A stretch of 64,000 nucleotides of DNA, from NCBI GenBank assembly GCA_910586755.1, contig CAJUJM010000070.1:2782-66781 (forward strand), written 5' to 3'. The first letter of the stretch is position 1. The number at the start of each line of letters is the position of its first letter. The translations under genes and the position numbers were made by a program. Below, piece after piece: positions 61,589-64,000 of this stretch. Source of the stretch: an uncultured Lachnospiraceae bacterium (GTDB lineage Bacteria; Bacillota; Clostridia; Lachnospirales; Lachnospiraceae). Below the pieces are notes generated by a model. It saw only the letters and a list, made by a program, of their open reading frames with translations. It had not been told where the DNA came from and ran no database searches.

Positions 61589-63307
61589 ATGAATTGTTCT
61601 ATATGTAATGCAGAGATCCCCGAAGGCCAGGATAAATGTCCCCACTGCGGGGCAGCGGCACAGCCGGCAGCGCCCCCTGAGCCTGTTAAGGAGCCGAAGA
61701 ACCTGAAAAAAGGTCTTATTATCGGCGGCGGAGTTCTTGTGGCAGCGGCAGCAGGAATTGGCATTTTTATGGCTTCTTCTAATGCCAAAGATCCCAAGAC
61801 GGTAGTTGTGGACGCATTAAAAGGCGTGTATTCAGCAGAAAACCTGGATCCGGGGGAAGAGGTCTTCGGCCTGGGTCAGATTTACGGGGAGTTTAGTAAA
61901 ACCGGCGGTGAGATGGGAGGAAGCCTGGCGTTTGCAGGCTCCAGCGATCCGGATTTAAGCATGCTGACGGGAGCTGGCGTCAGTATTCATGCGGCGTCAG
62001 ATGTGGCCAATAAAAAGTTTACTGAGACCGTGGGAATCCAGTACAGCGGTATGGATCTGGCAAACCTGACCATTTATGCAGATGATACCTATCTGATGGC
62101 GGCTCTTCCGGAATTTACCTCCAAGGTGCTTACCGTCAACTATGCAGACGATCTGATGGGCCAGATTGAAGATTCCCCTATGGCGGCAGAGATTGAAGAA
62201 CTGTTTACGGAAGAAGAAAAGGAGGCCTTTGAAAACTACATCACCTATCTGACGGATATATATTCCGGAGAAAAGACTCCTTTTGATTTAAAGGCTCTGT
62301 GGCAGCGCTATAAAGAAGGCAGCCAGGCCATGAGCAATTTTAAGGAAGCCATGACAGTAACCAAGGCGGACAGCCAGAACCTTTCCTATGACGGAAAGGA
62401 ACAGAAATGCACAGGCTATGACGTGGTAATCCCCAAAGAAGCAGTGGTTGATTTTGCCAGAACTTCCTCAAAGTTTTTCCTGGAAGACGAAAACTTTAAA
62501 AAAGACGTTTTGGAATATTTGAAAGTGGTAATGGAGATGAGCGGAAGCCAGCTCTATGGATTCGCCTTAGACGGAGGGCTTTCCACTCCGGAAGAGATGA
62601 TTGCACAAATGTGGGAAGACATGGATCAGGGAGTGGAAAAAGCCATTGATCAGCTGGAGAAATCTTTGGAAGGGGACGTAACCATGAAGGTTTACGTAAC
62701 CAAGTCGGGACACCTTGCATCCTTAGACGGCGCCTGCAGATTTGTCTTTGAGGAAGAGGATTCCCTGGATGTGAAGCTGACTGCTGTTTTAGAAGGAGGC
62801 AGCTATCCCACCCAAAATGGTAATTTCAAGCTGGTATTGGAGGATGAAACCGATACTATGACTGTTGATCTGAATAAGGCTGGAGAATATACTGATAAGG
62901 TATTAAACAGCAGTTGGGATCTGAATTTAGAATTTGATGATGAGAAGATTCAGGTAACTTATGACAATACTTATGACAGGGCAACAGGAGATTCTCAGAT
63001 TCGGATATCCGGCGGGGAAGGAGAGGAAGACACGGTTTCCCTTACCATAACCGGTATTGTAGACGAGCTGGAAAAGGGCAAGAATTTCCACTACACATTT
63101 GATTCCTTAGAGATAGCAGAAGAAACCTGGGCACTGTCTCTGAAACTGAAGGGAGAGTTTTATTTAAGAAATCTCCAAAGTGAGATTACGGCTCCTGAGG
63201 GAGAGCAGATGGATGTGCTGAAAGCCACAGAGGAAGAATGGGAAGCTCTGGGAGAGGAAATGATGACCAACTTGTATGCTCTGATTCTGGGAGGCGGATT
63301 CTTCTAA
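61589..63307 (+). CDS. Zinc-ribbon membrane-anchored protein of unknown function
   Basis: 572 aa with an N-terminal CxxC...CxxC zinc ribbon (CSICNAEIPEGQDKCPHCG), a single TM and a large acidic extracytoplasmic domain. I recognise no family. Confidence 0.6.
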   Translation: MNCSICNAEIPEGQDKCPHCGAAAQPAAPPEPVKEPKNLKKGLIIGGGVLVAAAAGIGIFMASSNAKDPKTVVVDALKGVYSAENLDPGEEVFGLGQIYGEFSKTGGEMGGSLAFAGSSDPDLSMLTGAGVSIHAASDVANKKFTETVGIQYSGMDLANLTIYADDTYLMAALPEFTSKVLTVNYADDLMGQIEDSPMAAEIEELFTEEEKEAFENYITYLTDIYSGEKTPFDLKALWQRYKEGSQAMSNFKEAMTVTKADSQNLSYDGKEQKCTGYDVVIPKEAVVDFARTSSKFFLEDENFKKDVLEYLKVVMEMSGSQLYGFALDGGLSTPEEMIAQMWEDMDQGVEKAIDQLEKSLEGDVTMKVYVTKSGHLASLDGACRFVFEEEDSLDVKLTAVLEGGSYPTQNGNFKLVLEDETDTMTVDLNKAGEYTDKVLNSSWDLNLEFDDEKIQVTYDNTYDRATGDSQIRISGGEGEEDTVSLTITGIVDELEKGKNFHYTFDSLEIAEETWALSLKLKGEFYLRNLQSEITAPEGEQMDVLKATEEEWEALGEEMMTNLYALILGGGFF

Positions 63308-63359
63308 GGACAGAATTGATATCTGGCTGTTTAGCCAGGTATAAAAAACAGGAGAAAAT

Positions 63360-64000
63360 ATGCGGACATTTCTGATCTATTTAAAATTGGAATTAAAAAG
63401 AGCGCTGCGTATCCTCCCGTGGATTGTTGCAGGGGCAATGGTACTGGCAGGATTGCTGGGCGCCATTGCCCTTTTTGCAGTCCGAACTCTGGAAGGCGGC
63501 CAGGAGCTAAATAAATTGAAGGTGGGCGTCATTCTTCCGGAGGAAGACGCTCTGGCTCAAAAAGCGGTTTCCATGCTGGGGTCTCTGGACAGTGTGGAAA
63601 ATATCTGCCAATTTGTCTTTGTAGACTGGGAGGAAGGGCAAAACCGGATGAAAGACGGGGAGCTGGCCTGTCTTATGACAGTGCCGGACAATTTTGTGGG
63701 AAGTATTATAGACGGCAGCAATAAGCCGGTAACCATTTTGTTTGACGGCCCCCTGGGGGTGGAAGAAGAGATTTTTAAAGAGCTGACAGAGGCCGGGGCA
63801 AAAACTCTTTCCAGCGCTCAGGCTGGAATTTACGCGGCCAACCATATCCACGGTCTTTACGGAATCCCGGCAGATATTATAGAAGCAGAGAACTATCTGA
63901 ATGCCAAATACTTGGGCTACAGCATGGACAGAAGCATTCACTTTCGGGAACGCCGGATCTCTGCGGGCGGGGAAGTTTCCCTTGCCTGCCACTACGCCGC
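63360..64000 (+). CDS. Putative ABC-2 type transporter permease (partial, runs off the window)
   Basis: ATG 63360 follows AGGAG (63350-63354). The frame is open to the window end (MRTFLIYLKLELKRALRILPWIVAGAMVLAGLLG...). It has an N-terminal TM and a large loop, and sits after an ABC ATPase. It is absent from the ORF track because it has no stop. Confidence 0.5.
   Translation, partial: MRTFLIYLKLELKRALRILPWIVAGAMVLAGLLGAIALFAVRTLEGGQELNKLKVGVILPEEDALAQKAVSMLGSLDSVENICQFVFVDWEEGQNRMKDGELACLMTVPDNFVGSIIDGSNKPVTILFDGPLGVEEEIFKELTEAGAKTLSSAQAGIYAANHIHGLYGIPADIIEAENYLNAKYLGYSMDRSIHFRERRISAGGEVSLACHYA

Noticed and set aside
63507-63992. 161-aa minus-strand ORF at the window end
   Set aside because: It is antisense to an open plus-strand frame that has an RBS and start at 63360 and a membrane-protein N-terminus. 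It has no RBS or recognisable domain.
1-64000. CRISPR arrays, tRNA/rRNA genes, transposases, integrases, prophage blocks
   Set aside because: I saw no spaced direct-repeat arrays, cloverleaf-like sequences or recombinase-like ORFs in the window or the ORF track. The only repeats are the short intergenic families described above.

Overview
The window looks like a chromosomal segment of a roughly 50% GC Firmicutes/Clostridia genome, Lachnospiraceae-like by protein style. That taxon guess is inference only. It is densely coding, mostly on the + strand, with about 51 CDS. I found no rRNA, tRNA, CRISPR array, transposase or integrase. Recognisable blocks, in order:
- MacB-type ABC exporter.
- cdaA-cdaR (c-di-AMP synthesis) running into ptsH-ptsI, a Wzy-like membrane protein, crr and two aminotransferases.
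- AI-2E, MATE and DUF523 genes.
- A cell-wall cluster: L,D-transpeptidase, D,D-carboxypeptidase and LCP.
- bcp-yaaA followed by an EndoQ-like PHP nuclease fused to a UvrD helicase.
- A LacI-controlled alpha-glucoside/alpha-galactoside utilisation locus (ABC importer, GH31, 2x GH13, GH36), interrupted by a Fic plus metallophosphoesterase pair.
- pckA, hflKC and iorAB.
- A small AT-rich islet with a ToxN/AbiQ-like type III toxin, a lipoprotein and a DUF5131 (Gp37/Gp68) protein.
- GT2-TPR, a thioesterase, a second AI-2E gene and a SpoIID/LytB protein.
- ptsG with a clear RAT/terminator leader, plus glcT.
- rpsO-pnp, an M14 peptidase and an ABC module.

The most notable unannotated signals are these:
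- Two families of structured intergenic repeats: a 110-nt terminator-bearing element in 2.3 copies, and a TTCAGACGG...CCGTCTGAA-bounded element in 2 copies.
- A 136-nt three-way-junction element.
- An orphan promoter-to-terminator unit of about 230 nt upstream of an AI-2E gene.
- A degenerate toxI-like repeat RNA upstream of the toxin gene.

I see no clear-cut, completely novel multi-gene system. The best candidates are flagged with explicit tests.
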